The notes below the pieces were generated by a model. The model did no database searches, was not told the DNA's origin, and was given only the letters and a program-made list of their open reading frames with translations. DNA of 64,000 nt from Podarcis erhardii (Eukaryota): NCBI GenBank assembly GCA_964252035.1, contig OZ176209.1; one strand, 5' to 3'. Below, in pieces: positions 39,161 through 52,045 of this stretch. Within the stretch, counting starts at the first letter, position 1, and each line of letters opens with the position of its first letter. Both the position numbers and the translations under genes were made by a program.

Positions 39161-39657
39161 CCGTATTTTTCGTCTCATAGGGTGCTCCGGCCCATAGAAC
39201 ACACCTAGTTTTTTGGGGGGGAAATAAAGGAAATTCCCCCCCTTTATTTCCCGCCCAAAACCAGGTCGGGGAATCCAAACCAGGTCGGGGAACAGCGGGG
39301 AGGCGCAGCGCGCCTCCCCGCTGTCCCCCGAGCTTGTGGGGCTGGCGCTGGGGAGAAGCGCACTTCTCCCCAGCGCCAGCCTCCAAACCAGGTCGGTGAA
39401 CAGCGGGATGGCGGCGCCCATGCTTCGGGCTGCAGGCTGCTGCCCGCAAGGCTTGCGAGCCTGCGGGAACTCCCACCGGGCTATCAAGGCTTGCGGATAG
39501 CTTCCTGAAGCCTGGAGAGTGAGTGGGGTCGGTGCACACTGACCCCTCTCACTCTCCAGGCTTCAGCGAAAGCCTGCATTTGCCCCATAGGACGCCCACA
39601 CATTTCCCCTTCATTTTTGGAGGGGAAAAAGTGCGTCCTATGGGGCGAAAAATACGG
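39161..39657. mobile_element. Tc1/mariner (Tc2/pogo-like) non-autonomous element
   Basis: TA-ccgtatttttcgtctcatagg...cctatggggcgaaaaatacgg-TA, with a GC-rich interior containing repeated ccaaaccaggtcgg. Confidence 0.8.
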
Positions 39658-39974
39658 TAAATATGGATCCCTTGAACATTAGAACACCCACTAGCTAGAG
39701 AGGGGAGAAGTTCTGAGTAATGGGATCAGAGAGGGAAATACATTTCTATCAGAAAATCAAGATAAGTGTTGTTGAAAGAGAAGGAAGAAACTGGGCAGTA
39801 GAATTAGCATCCAAGTACATGTGAGAAGAAATGGTTCACCATATTTATGTAGAACTGCAATGGATAGCAATAGGATGTTTTCTGCTTTATAGTGGCGTAC
39901 AAAATGAATAGCATTTTACAAAAGTGTTGCAATCTTATCTATAGCTGCAGTTTTCGGTAAAACATGAGACTCTC

Positions 39975-40060
39975 AGGTTGGGCAAAAAAATCCTGCATTG
40001 CAGGAGGTTGGAATAAATGACCCTCGCAGTCCCTTCCAACTCTTCAGTTCTATGATTCTA
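39975..40060 (+). mobile_element. CR1 3' tail
   Basis: atcctgcattgcaggaggttgga...gtcccttccaactcttcagttctatgattcta, similar to the 28775 copy. Confidence 0.65.
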
Positions 40061-40118
40061 AGTCCCAATGAAATCAAGGATACTTACAAATAAACACAGG
40101 AGAAAAATATTATCCTAC

Positions 40119-40237
40119 CTGATTTAGATTAAGATTGTTCTCAATGCTGAGAGGAATCAGATGGGGCAGAACCTTTCCTGCAAGTTGCTCTTTTGTAATT
40201 CCCAGTTTCTTATGACTAAAGGTACATTTGTAGATAC
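40119..40237 (-). CDS. SCYL2: SCYL2 exon 13
   Basis: aag|GT...CAG|gtagg, 119 nt. Translates (G)IYKCTFSHKKLGITKEQLAGKVLPHLIPLSIENNLNLNQ. Confidence 0.95.
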
Positions 40238-40658
40238 CTTTTATGAAACATTAAACACAATGATTTATCTAATAATCATGCCTTCACAAAGTAACATCAT
40301 TATATATTCCTTTGAATCAAATGCTAGGTTAAATGTATTTTTTTTAAAAAAAAAAATTATCACACACCAACTACAATTTACACCTTTCTTAAAAGGCGGT
40401 CTGCATTTTTCCGAGGGCAAGGGAATGGAGAAACGAAAAGATGCTATATGAATTATTTCTGTAACTGTGAACTTTAGAAGTTAAACCAAGTCTTTACAGC
40501 GTTTGGCCAAATTAAAAGAAAACAAAAAATATGGGATATTATTTTTAAAAGTTATAGACTTGTAATGCCTTGTGGTATTGTACATTCAACAGTACCACAA
40601 AGATTAATACCACAGAGAGACTACTACAGACAGCACAAGAAACAAAATATCATGTTAC

Positions 40659-40791
40659 CTAGAATTCCCATAAGGACTGCAGGTTCCTTGGAAGGAATTT
40701 GTTGCAAAAAAGGCAGAATATCATCAAGAACGAACCACTTATCCAAGTATTCCAAAATCTTTCCCAAACAGACTAAGGAATTTACACGTAC
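40659..40791 (-). CDS. SCYL2: SCYL2 exon 12
   Basis: tag|GTA...G|gtaac, 133 nt. Translates VRVNSLVCLGKILEYLDKWFVLDDILPFLQQIPSKEPAVLMGIL(G). Confidence 0.95.
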
Positions 40792-41845
40792 CTAATGAAT
40801 ATAAAAACAAACCCTCTAAACTAAACTTTTATAAAAAATAGAGAAAATGCTTGAAAATATCAATACAGGAGTTTTAATATTTTTCAATAGCCATATGTTC
40901 ACAGGATTTGAATTTTGAGTTAATTTCATATAAACAATTAATGCTTCAATCCTAAACTTATTTGCCCATTGTACTCAATGTGACTGACTTCTGAATAGAC
41001 CTAATTTCTCAAAGTAAAGGATTTAGGAGGCAATGTGATTTATCTATTTTTACACACACAGAAGCATGCTGGTTGGGAACTACATGTTACAGTAAACATA
41101 CACTGCTGCCAGTAACAGTATCCATGTGCCAAGCTCTCCCACTCAATTGTGTACTATTGCTTAACCAGTAGTATAAGTCACAACACATTTTATTTAATAT
41201 ATCCCAACTTTCAACCCAATTTTGGTTGCCAACAAATAAAACACTATCCAACACACAATATATAGGAGAAAAAGCACAATCCAATGGTCTTACTTGTTTG
41301 AATATTCTAAAACCACCAAACTATGGGTGACATCCAACAGTAGTCAAACATAGAGTAGACCAAATGAACTTAATGATTTCACTGGGCCTACTCCAAGTAA
41401 GACTAACATTGGAAATTAACAAAATCTTAACTATGACTATGAACAACAAAAACAGAGAACATATATAAATCTGGAAAATACAATCCCTGACCATTGGGCA
41501 ATGCTGCCCAGGAGTGATGGAAGTTGGAATTCAAGAACATCTGAAGGGCACCAAGTTGGGCGAAGGCTGGTGTATGAATGGGGAAGGGATGGAATGGAAT
41601 GCTGGATGCCTCTAGGAAATAAAACCTTCTCTCCAGTATCTACCCCACCTCAGTTCTGAAGATGGGGCATCTGGAATAAGGCTTCAATTGATTATTACAT
41701 AATGTAAAGTACTACGTAGTCATATGGAACTGTAAGTATCTCACTAGATATCTGTTTCAATTATTTGTTTGTTTTTTTTTTAAAAGAAAATTAACAGCAA
41801 AACAATTTCAATATGGTTTTAAAGACTTCTGAATTTTCAACTTAC

Positions 41846-41959
41846 AGCAAGAGATGATGTTTGTAAACAGGCATTTTTAATTCTTGGTATCAGTGAATTT
41901 TTCATTGATGGATAGTCTATAAGGTTGGCAAACGTAGGAATTATGTTTAAGCAGAGTTC
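41846..41959 (-). CDS. SCYL2: SCYL2 exon 11
   Basis: cag|GAA...GCT|gtaag, 114 nt. Translates ELCLNIIPTFANLIDYPSMKNSLIPRIKNACLQTSSLA. Confidence 0.95.
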
Positions 41960-42704
41960 CTGAAAATAAAAGTATCACAATTAGTATATATGAACAATAT
42001 GCAGTTTAAAAAAAATAATACTAAGTCCACAGTTCTGTCTTTCTCTCTGACTCTAAAACTAAATAAACCATAACATTTTATTTATTTGAAACAAAATTTA
42101 GAATTCCATTTCCTTAAGAGTTCAGAGCCGCTAATAATAATGAACAACAATGTTTGGCCCTCTTGCCACAGCAAGCACAGCCAATAGTTGGGGATAAAGG
42201 GAGTTGTAGTCCTACAACATCTGGAGGGCCACAACTTCCCTCATAAATGTTATTAAAATATTCCTCTAGTAACAAAATGTCCAAAATAAGATGATTAAGC
42301 TTGAATGCTGCCTGCAAATGTTTTAGGAACTTTATACAATCACAGAGAGAGTGTAATTTTCCATGTGTTCCATGAATCATGACCAGAATGTTTACTAGAG
42401 AGAATCCTTTTATCACTTCTAACTTTCCTAGCTTTTCTCTCAGAAAGGGCTTCTGATTTAGTGTTGGCACCACTGATGAAAGAGAAGGGATTTTTTGCCT
42501 ATATTCCCTTCTCCCTGCTGTTCCCTCGCACCTATCTCCTAAAGCTTCTCTCAACTCCCTGGAACCATTTTCAGGGGTTACTGCAAGTGGAGTAAGCACA
42601 AATAGAGAAACAAATAAAAATGTGAGAAGAGGGAGTTCCTTTCAGTAAGCAAATCTTCAGCTAGATTTTCCAGCTAGAATGAAGGTGAACAAAAATTACC
42701 AGAC

Positions 42705-42827
42705 CTGAATCTGAATCGAAGGTGCTTCTAATGCTCGATAAACCATTGGTAGAACACTGTTCTTTATTTCTTCAGGAGGTGTTTTGGTTAGCAGCAAGTC
42801 CATTTTTTGAAGAAATATCAACAGAAT
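42705..42827 (-). CDS. SCYL2: SCYL2 exon 10
   Basis: cag|ATT...CAG|gtctg, 123 nt. Translates ILLIFLQKMDLLLTKTPPEEIKNSVLPMVYRALEAPSIQIQ. Confidence 0.95.
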
Positions 42828-42956
42828 CTGTTTTTAAGAAATGGAGTATTGACATGTGTCAAAGCTTTATTTTTTGTTAATCACTTCCAGGGTAACATTT
42901 GCTATCACCTTATATAATCAAATATTCATGTAAACATAGCAAATGCACACACTCAC

Positions 42957-42968
42957 CATGTTGCTAGC
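42957..42968 (-). CDS. SCYL2: SCYL2 12-nt microexon (ASNM)
   Basis: ttttccatgcttccag|GCT AGC AAC ATG|gtgagt, phase 0/0. I recall a human SCYL2 isoform reading EPIQ-ASNM-ILLIF. Confidence 0.8.
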
Positions 42969-43199
42969 CTGGAAGCATGGAAAAGAAGAATATTCTGACA
43001 TTATTCTCTATTTGAAAGATAGTAATCCAATAGAATACATTTGAACTTTCCAAGAGAATGAAGTACATATACAAAGTGCAATGTTCTAGATTGACAGACA
43101 GTATATACCAGTTCACTAAAAGCCCAACTAGTACCCAACCAATACAACTAACCAATAAACATACTGAAATATGTGGCTGCTTTGAAATATTACTGGCTG

Positions 43200-43615
43200 T
43201 TAAGCTTAACATCAACATCAACAACAACATCATCATCATTCCCTGCCTTTTTCCCTGACAGGAATTCAAGGTGACTTACAGATAAAATAAGAACAACTAA
43301 AAACACGGAAATAATAATGATTAAAAATCAATTAAACATAAAAAGAATTAATATTAAAAACATACAAATAATTACAACAAAAACAGTATGACTCAAGCTC
43401 TTCCCTTGAAACAGTCAGTTCCCAAAAGCCTGTTGGAAAAAGAAGTTCTTCACTTGCCAGTAGAAGAACAAGGAGGGAGCCAGTCTAACTTCTCTAGTGA
43501 GGGAATTAGTCTGGGAGCAGCCACTGAGAAGGCCCTCTCCCACATCCCTACCAAGTGTGTCTGCGAGGGTGGTGGGACCGAGAGAAGGGCCTCCCCCCAA
43601 GATTTAATAACCTGG
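43200..43615 (-). mobile_element. L2 LINE 3' fragment
   Basis: Reverse-complement L2-type tail (A-rich, caaggtgacttaca) followed by gggagcagccactgagaaggccctctc. Confidence 0.55.
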
Positions 43616-43698
43616 TGTTCAAAAGATAGCCCTAAACAAGATAGCCCTAAACAACTGGTTCATATGGGACCAGGATTATGTTTAAGACAGAAATGTAC

Positions 43699-43875
43699 CT
43701 GAATTGGTTCCTGCTGTTTAAAGACAGGGTTGAGATCAGGTAGAATTAACTTTATATACTCTTCTTTGGAACATTCCTCTGCAATGAGCAGAACATTAGG
43801 CAGAACAAAAGGTACCATGTCTGGGTTCACAAATTCGGATGTCAAGGCAGGCAAAATCCTCTGCACTATAACACG
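43699..43875 (-). CDS. SCYL2: SCYL2 exon 9
   Basis: cag|CGT...CAG|gtaca, 177 nt. Translates RVIVQRILPALTSEFVNPDMVPFVLPNVLLIAEECSKEEYIKLILPDLNPVFKQQEPIQ. Confidence 0.95.
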
Positions 43876-44064
43876 CTGAAAGAAAACAGACATTATTTTG
43901 TAAGGAAATGAAATTTCTTCAGAAACCTGCAAAAAACATGCTATTCCTATGTATTCCAAGTAAAACAGAAGTATTGCAAAATTTTAACAATATTGGTATA
44001 TATCAGTTTGCCTTATAGCACACTTTATAAAATGCCAATTTAAATGAGGAACTGTTAAGGCCTT

Positions 44065-44134
44065 TGTTTTGCTGTATTGTTTTTAACACTTGATTGGGAG
44101 CCGCCCAGATGGGCAGAGTATAAATAAATAAATA

Positions 44135-44182
<48 letters not shown>
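44065..44182 (+). mobile_element. L2 3' tail with (ATT)n microsatellite
   Basis: gggagccgcccagatgggcagagtataaataaata followed by a long ATT run (about 44137-44182). Confidence 0.6.
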
Positions 44183-44183
<1 letters not shown>

Positions 44184-44295
44184 TCTTCTTACTCCAACAA
44201 CACTATAATAGAGCAGCAATGCATTCTTCAGCTACAAAAGACACAGAGTTCTGTGTCAGTACACATGTCTATTAAAATAATCTGAGACTGCTGAC

Positions 44296-44421
44296 CTTAG
44301 GCAATTTTGGTAGAACTTTTGGCAGCCCTTTAAAAAACTGTGACTTTTGAAGATTATCCCTTTGGAATAACGAATCGAAGTACTGTAGTGTCATCGCCCC
44401 AACATCATCAAAGAATGGTAT
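44296..44421 (-). CDS. SCYL2: SCYL2 exon 8
   Basis: tag|ATA...AAG|gtcag, 126 nt. Translates IPFFDDVGAMTLQYFDSLFQRDNLQKSQFFKGLPKVLPKLPK. Confidence 0.95.
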
Positions 44422-44984
44422 CTAAAAATACAGATTTTTTCAAAAAGAAAGTGATATTTGAGGTCATAAGCATGGTATATATTAAACTTTTTCAAAAGCA
44501 CAATAACATTTGCAGCACAATCTTTTTATATGTCTACTTGGGAAAAAAAGCCCCATTGAATTCACTGGGGTTTACTCCCCAGTAGGTAGGTATATGATTG
44601 CAGACAATACAATTAAGTTAAACCCGAAAAAGCATATATGAAAGAGAACAAATCTAAAATCTCAACTAAATAACAAAGATGGGAATAACACTAAATGGAA
44701 ATTTTTCTCTTTTTCATATATATAGAAAATACATATTTTCTAGTTTTGGCAAAACATCCTCCTCTAAAAAAAGAGAACATTTTGCAAAATAACAGTTCCA
44801 GTTAATCACTGAGTGCTTGTTATGAGGCAATAAAGTAGAAGGTTTAATCTCCTGAATTGAAAATTTTGAACCAGACTGTTGTTTTTAAAAACCCTTCAAA
44901 ATTAAGCAGTTAAATGCTGCTTATTAAAGCACTTTAAAAAAGGTTTTTCTTATATTCTACAGCTGTTTTAAGTACTCTTTTTAC

Positions 44985-45101
44985 CTTAGTCATTTGGTCA
45001 GCATCTGGTCTGACTGCAGGAGCTACGTTTAACAGTAGTTTTACATGCTCACGGACTTCTTCTGGAATGTCTTGAAGGTTATTGGCGCCCAAACGACTAA
45101 G
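44985..45101 (-). CDS. SCYL2: SCYL2 exon 7
   Basis: cag|CTT...AAG|gtaaa, 117 nt. Translates LSRLGANNLQDIPEEVREHVKLLLNVAPAVRPDADQMTK. Confidence 0.95.
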
Positions 45102-45790
45102 CTGCATAAATAAAGCACATGCATTAGCATTAAAACAAAACCCTGCATACAGTATGACTGGAATAGCGCTTGGAATTATGTAGTTCAGTTGCATGAATTC
45201 ATTGATCTACTTAAAAAAATCATTTAAAAAAATCCCTGAACTACATGGAAGATAGTTCACTTAATTGCTAGATAAACAAAATATGTGTTAAGTTCATTTT
45301 GGGGGTAATATACCCCTGCTCAATTCATGAAAGACAAACCAAGAGCTTCCCCAGTGTGGCAAATATTCCCACTTCTGCACCCATTCTACATCCATTTTAG
45401 ATGGTTTCAGAGACACTAGAACAGGTCCTGTAGCTGTCCTTATCCCAATACAACACAATCAAACTTATGAAAATGGGAGTAAAACACATATTTCTACTTT
45501 GGTGATGTTCCTTATCAGCAAGGATGAAAGAAACTTTAATAGGGTCTTCTCACACACAGGTGAACCCAGTACCCTGAAACTTGGTGATAACAGGCTCTAA
45601 AGCATGAGGCAAGAGTTTTATTTACCCACATTATTGCTTTCCATGATGACAGACAAGCCACCTCCTTCAGTACAAGTTAAATGTTCTTTTCCTTAACATA
45701 GAACCAAAATACTTGTAGACACTTTAATACTTTTTCTTCATAATACTTATGTATTCAAATGTGAATTTAACAAACAGAGCCATAAAATAC

Positions 45791-46012
45791 CTGATCCAGC
45801 TGTCTGCTGAAACTTTTATAAATATCCTGTTTGTTGACCTCAAAAATAGGTTTTCCATTATTAAACACAGCATACATAATTGCTCCTAGAGAGTACATGT
45901 CACTGGCTGTCTCACAGCTCACTGAGAGGATGTATTCAGGGGCCAAATACTCAGGATTTGGAAGACACAAAGATGGTAAGTTTGGATCCCATTCTTTACA
46001 AGAGAACTTTGG
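45791..46012 (-). CDS. SCYL2: SCYL2 exon 6
   Basis: cag|CCA...CAG|gtatt, 222 nt. Translates PKFSCKEWDPNLPSLCLPNPEYLAPEYILSVSCETASDMYSLG...FSRQLDQ. Confidence 0.95.
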
Positions 46013-46679
46013 CTGGAAAAAAACAACAACAGCAAAAAGTTTACAGAAACATAATTTAAAGTGTAAGTTTAAAGAAACGTAGCTGGAGTGATTTTCTTTT
46101 ACATTAATAATGACCTAAAGAGATCTAAATCACTCATGATACCTGAGAGACATTATCCATTATATAAGGTAAGTAAATCCTGTGTTTACTCTGAGTGCAT
46201 CCATTTTTAAAGTTAAGTATATGAGGTCTTTACCATAACACATTATGAAAATATAAACAGAACATACTTGTCTGTTTCACATTAGCTCTTGGCTAGGTAG
46301 CAAGATTATCTCCATTAGCAGTTAGGTAGCCTACCTTCAACATAAATTAAAAGCACTTAACTGGTATTGAAACACTCAATGGTGGTTTTTTTTTTTTTTG
46401 CGTGAGGGAATTATTCTACTATAACAACTCATGACTTCACATATATTAATGGGCAATATGCTACTCCAAGAAAGACTGTATAATTTAGGAAGAGTAAGCT
46501 GCTTAATTCTTGACTGTGGTCGTATCCCTAAAGTTTAATCCTGAACTCAGCAGGCAAATGGGTTACATTATGAAATTTGTGTATTGTTATGTAGCTAAAC
46601 ATTAAGAGCTTAATTAAGAGTCCCAATGTTTCCAGGTTATCCTTTACTGATAATGAAAAACAAATTGAAACCTTGTTAC

Positions 46680-46829
46680 CTCTTGCTCAGATGGATTTAT
46701 AGATGAGATGCTGAAGTCAAATCCAGTAATTTTCCATGCTCCACTTTTATTCAAAATTATATTTTCAGGAGTAAGGTTGCCATGGACCATTTTCACACTA
46801 CTATGTAGAAATGACAAGCCTTCAGAAAC
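46680..46829 (-). CDS. SCYL2: SCYL2 exon 5
   Basis: cag|GTT...GAG|gtaac, 150 nt. Translates VSEGLSFLHSSVKMVHGNLTPENIILNKSGAWKITGFDFSISSINPSEQE. Confidence 0.95.
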
Positions 46830-48209
46830 CTGTTAGAGGAAGATATTCTTGTCAGGGTGTTTGTTTTAGAGCATTTGGAATAAGCTTAGATATGATGGTA
46901 TATGTTGTTTTCCTCTTTGAGCAACAAACAATCCACAGAAGTGAACTGGTCCTAGAAGTGCTGCAGCTGGGGTAAAAAAGAAAGGGGTAACAAAGTAGGG
47001 AGATTCAAGTCCAGATCAATGACCAACACACTTTTACCTTCAATCCTTTGCCACAGCAACAGCCATTAGGCACAGCTGTGTCCATGGCAGCAGTGGTTTT
47101 GCAGCAAACCCGGATAACTTGCATAGCTGCTATCTAAATATTCCCACCTTTGTCTTGATAACACCACAGCGTACACCAGGATTTGGAAGATGGTCATTTG
47201 GCATTTTAATTTTCCTCATGTGGTTAAGAAAGAGATCAGCCATTTGTTTTTATAGAATGGGGTGGAGAACCTTTTTGCATCCTAAGGGTCAGAGGGCCTC
47301 AGTGGAACACTGTTGAGGACTGCATGCCAGTGTTTGGTCCTGGAAACATACAGGTCTTTTTAACCAGCCCCCACCACCCGTCCCATATCCAGCTTACCCA
47401 TACAAAAATCACTGCCCCCTACAGAATACACACACCCTTTACCTTCTGCTCAACCCCTCTCGCCAGCTAATCTTGGCAGATCAGCCTAGATTAGGGTTAC
47501 TTGGATGGTTATTTGAATCCTCATTGCAATGCTGGGATGGGGATGAAAATCACATTCTCCCTGTACATACCTTCTTCCTAATCTTCCCATCCTAAACACT
47601 TGATCTCTTACTTTAGACAGAGGACATTCCTATCAGTGTCAACAATGTTTTCAGTGCTTTACTGAGAACCACATTTCTGGGATCTCTGAATTTCTTGGGG
47701 AAGCTGCTGAGAGCTGTTGAGGACTTTTGAATGTTTCCATAACTATGTGCACAGATTCAAGCACTGCAGAGGACCCAAAAATTATGCAAGAGACAGTGAC
47801 CACTAGAAAAAAGGCTAAAAGCACTGGTAGAAAGGTCCTGCTCAGTCATATCTAAATAAATAACTGAAATAGGATGGTACTGTAGGAAAGTGGGCATGAT
47901 ATGGGGTGTGTAGGAGAGGTGAATCCAGCTGCCTAGAGGTTCCCCATTCCTATCCTAGAGCATATAAAGTGTGAGGAACAAAATATAAAGGTTTTCTGCT
48001 ACAGCTAATTAGTTGCTGTGACTTCTTAACACTGCCTTCTAAACAGACAAGGGAAGAAAAAATGTTTCTGCATTTTGTGAGAAAAGGCAGGTGGCTATAG
48101 TGTAAATTTATTGCCTGGTTTATATAGGTTGATGGCTAGATATTGAGTGCATTATACCCACCCATGTGTAAGACTACCAGCACTACAGACCGGTCACCAA
48201 TGTGCATAC

Positions 48210-48354
48210 CTGAAGCAAGCCATATTTCATTTCTACATCAAAAAGTTTGTATTCTTTGATGTCAGATGGTAAAGGTGAGGGAAGATTGTCCCAGCTGCCA
48301 AGTATGTTAGCCAAACTTGCGCAAACTGGTTCCGTACAAAATGCCAAACAGTCC
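48210..48354 (-). CDS. SCYL2: SCYL2 exon 4
   Basis: tag|G...CAG|gtatg, 145 nt. Translates (R)DCLAFCTEPVCASLANILGSWDNLPSPLPSDIKEYKLFDVEMKYGLLQ. Confidence 0.95.
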
Positions 48355-48941
48355 CTAAAAGGAAACAAATATCCTTAGTAAACTCCCCAAATATACTTCA
48401 GAACAAGAGGTAAGTAGGTATATAGGCAGACTTTGACTTTGTGACACAGCAACAGTTAGGAAATAGACATTATGATGGTGCAGGATGTTCAAGAAAAAGC
48501 CCCAGATGTTGGGCTTCTTAACAGCCTGAAAAATGAAACTCCATGACAGTGAAATCAGCATTCAACATAATATAAATTTCTACTGCACCAGAGCAGTGGA
48601 AGGTTCACAAGGCCTTCAGGGAATCACGATGAGAGAGTGAAGAACAGGTCTTCACTCAAATAAGGACTACATGAACTTGGTGAGTTTTGCTCTGCCAAAC
48701 AGCAGAAAGGAAAGCAGAATAAACCACATCAGTTGTATCTCTTAATCACTAAAATAATAATGAGGATGTGAATACTTGGCATATATTCAGAATACAGATA
48801 CACATTGGACAATTATACAATTTCTTTTGGGAGAAGTGGATACAGTTTCCAGAAATTAGATTGTGTAGATTATTTAATTTTCAGAAACTTTTGAGCATGT
48901 ATGGAAACTCAAAGCTGTAATTGTTTTAGTAATAAACTTAC

Positions 48942-49099
48942 CTGGATTCTTCCAATGGATGTTGCACAGTCAGCAGCCGAGGATGTCGCAGCCTTGTTAG
49001 CTGCTGAACTCCTCGTTTTAAGGAATCAATGATTTGATCCTTCTCAAATTTCTGATATTTGTCTATCAGCTTTTTATCAAAAACAAAAACTGCCACTTC
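48942..49099 (-). CDS. SCYL2: SCYL2 exon 3
   Basis: tag|GAA...AG|gtaag, 158 nt. Translates EVAVFVFDKKLIDKYQKFEKDQIIDSLKRGVQQLTRLRHPRLLTVQHPLEES(R). Confidence 0.95.
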
Positions 49100-51147
49100 C
49101 TAAAAATTAATCAAAAAATACTATTAGTGAACTATACGAGAAACTAAAATGCTACAAAATAATAAAATACTTTTCAATAATAATAAATAGCTTCTGTTGT
49201 CTTTCAATTTTAAAATAAATTGGCCACTGCTATAATAGTGTTTCCATCCTGTCTTTACATTATTACAGTGGGCCACTTCAGAAGTTAGGTGTGTTTGTGT
49301 GTGTGTAAATACAGGGGGAACTCACAGGAACTCAATTCTGGCACCTCTCAGGTGGGTGTTATTGCCATTCTAAGAACTAGGCAGTGTTGGTGGTGAGTTC
49401 CAGCACCTCTCTTTCTAGAAAAATAGCACTGTATTTTGTGTGTTGGCAGAGGGGAAATGGCAGGAAAAAGCACCCTTCGTTTGCAGCCTATCAATGCCAA
49501 ATTCTGCCCTACCCCACATAGCAACCATATTAACATGGAAAGTTTGCTCCTTAATGTTAAGTTGTACTAACAAATTCAATATTCTGTTGAGCAATAGTTT
49601 GTCCAACCTGCATATATTCTCTTCCAGTAACAATTAAGCAAAACGGAAGGTGTTGTGTTAGAGTCCCATAATGCCTACATATTAATTAGCAATAATGTCC
49701 AAACGGATAAATGTCAGACTACATCTCTATTAGATAGGCTTGCCATACGTTGGATATGTCTGATGTATACATCCAGGGGGAATTTCTGCTGCAAAGCAGT
49801 GATTCACCCTGGATCTTCAGCAACACAACTGAATAATTATGTTCCCTTTTTTTTTTTTACAAACAGCTCAACAACTTGGGTCACATCTCAAAAAACAAAA
49901 CAAAACAAAACAAAAACTCAACAACTTTAAAGTTTTCCTAAATATATATATGGCAACCCTATATTAGAACACCACAAGACTTCTAAAATTATCCAGGTCT
50001 TGCTCAAAGTGTCATCAGGATGTTACACATAGTAAAACTACAGCAGACAGAAGGGAGTCATTCACACTGAACATTTCTCATGGAAGAAACATGTCAGAGC
50101 CAACTCTATTACAAGATTTCAAAGTACTCTAAAATATTTTTCTTCAGACCAGAATTGCATAGCTACCAGTGTTTGTTTGTTTTTTAATTAAAAATATAAC
50201 TTTAAGGTTTGCTTCTCATCATCAGTGGTAGGCAGGGCAATTCACTACTGCTAGTTTAATGTGCTCATTATCCTCTGTTCAACCAGCAGTTAAGCTTACT
50301 CAAGAAGAGTTGTAGAAACAAAAATGAATGTAGGAGCACTGGACAGACAGCACTCTGGAAGCTCTGTCAACAGCCACCAGTCACAATGCCACTCACTAAA
50401 ACCACACCCACTTTACCAAAGCATGAAATGTTGCAATTCTAAAACACATTTCCTTGGGAATAAGTCCTATTGAACACAATAGGCCTTTAAACTGCACATT
50501 GAACTGCACTGCTAAATAAACACAGATTGCTAATGTTGTTTATACTATGTTTTCCTTTGCAGTCCACATTTATGGCACAGTTCATTTACCAAACAAGTGC
50601 ATTCAGCATACTGCAACCCTTTTACCAAGCTGCTATGTTTTTATTCCAATAGTGTTTCACCTTAGTAAGTTTCCTATTGACATTTTACCACTACAATTGG
50701 CATTATAATAATAATTTTTTACTCTTTGTTGAAAAGATGCACGATATTAGTTATTTATCTACTTTAACACTTGTTATACCAGAGTGCAGATACATATATT
50801 GGTCTAAGTGCCTAGTACTGGAAACTAAGTTTCAAAGGTATGTTGCTGAAAGACATTTGAATAAATCTAGAACTTTCAGTCCCTTAAAACAATTGACCTA
50901 CTTTGTTCTGTAGTTAAATATATAACTGCGAAATCAAATGGAGCAATTTGTTTGAAACAAATCAAAGGTACACACAAAACCCAATATAAATTACAAATAA
51001 CTTGATGTATCTATTTGCAAACAGCCAGAGCTACTTGGAGGTGACCAATCTGAGAAACTATGACTAGAACATTTAATTCTTTGCTATTCTTTCAAGATCT
51101 GTTTAACCTCAAGGACATTGTGCAAACCATATGAGTGCGTACGGTGC

Positions 51148-51600
51148 ACTGTTGGCACCTGTCTGTCTTGAGAGACAATGGAGTGGGCCTCTGGGGTGAA
51201 TTCAAGAAGGCACTGTGTTAGCAGTACTGAAGTGACCTCCCCAGGGTGCAAGCCTGGGCAGTGTGTCTGGAGGTCCTGGGTTGCCAAGGTGACAGAACCC
51301 CCCTCTTGGCCTTGCTGATGTGGTCCAAAGGAAAGCAGAGCAATATGTTTGGCAACAGCTTGGTTGCAAGAGTTGCTGGAAGAGGCATAGAAGGTGACAT
51401 CCAACTGGGACTCCACTCCAGATTTGTGTAGGGTTTACTCTTTAGCCCTTTCTTCTCCCAAGAATGTCCCACAAGGCAGATGAAGTCTGTCTTTGCATGC
51501 AGGGGAAGTCCCTAACTCACCAAGGGTTTGAAACCCATCAGCTATCCTCACTTGGTTTAACTGGCCAGTCAAAGCCATTTCTGGCATGCTGACAGCTTTT
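51148..51600. repeat. Unclassified interspersed repeat, copy 2
   Basis: gttggcacctgtctgtcttgagagacaatgg...ccaaaggaaagcagagcaata...gtagggtttactc. Same orientation as copy 1 and longer. Confidence 0.7.
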
Positions 51601-51868
51601 AGGAGTCATGGGTGAGAGATGAGTGCTGAGTGGCAAGCAAAGGTGGAAAAAATACCTCAGAAGGAGCATAATGCATCCCCAACAGAGGTACTCCTCCTGC
51701 TTTAACACCCTATACAACTTATACAGTAGATACATAAAAATGATAAGTTACACATCCTGTGATTTCTTTTTCTACACCTGTTAAACCATGTATTCTTAGG
51801 CAATTGTTCCTTAAAACATCACTGTAATGACATTAGAAGCAATACGTATTTCCCTCCTAAAACCTCAC

Positions 51869-52045
51869 CTGTTTTGTTGATTTTTTAGTGCCATTAAAAA
51901 TCTTCCAAGCAAGCCCATTGCCACCGCTAGCAATATGTCGTCCAACATCAAATTCCCTGGTAACTGGATTTCCCATGACTGCACTAGTGACATCTGCAGT
52001 CACTTTCGTAACTGTGCTCTTCAATTTGTTTAGCATGGACTCCAT
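51869..52045 (-). CDS. SCYL2: SCYL2 exon 2, coding part (ATG at 52045; exon starts at 52073)
   Basis: Translates MESMLNKLKSTVTKVTADVTSAVMGNPVTREFDVGRHIASGGNGLAWKIFNGTKKSTKQ, then |gtgag. The acceptor lies 28 nt upstream of the ATG. Confidence 0.96.

Noticed and set aside
39132-39539. 135-aa and 109-aa minus-strand ORFs
   Set aside because: They result from the stop-poor GC-rich interior of the Tc2-like element.
42114-42599. 161-aa minus-strand ORF in a SCYL2 intron
   Set aside because: It overlaps a hairpin MITE remnant, has no recognisable domain, and the flanking exons splice in frame without it.
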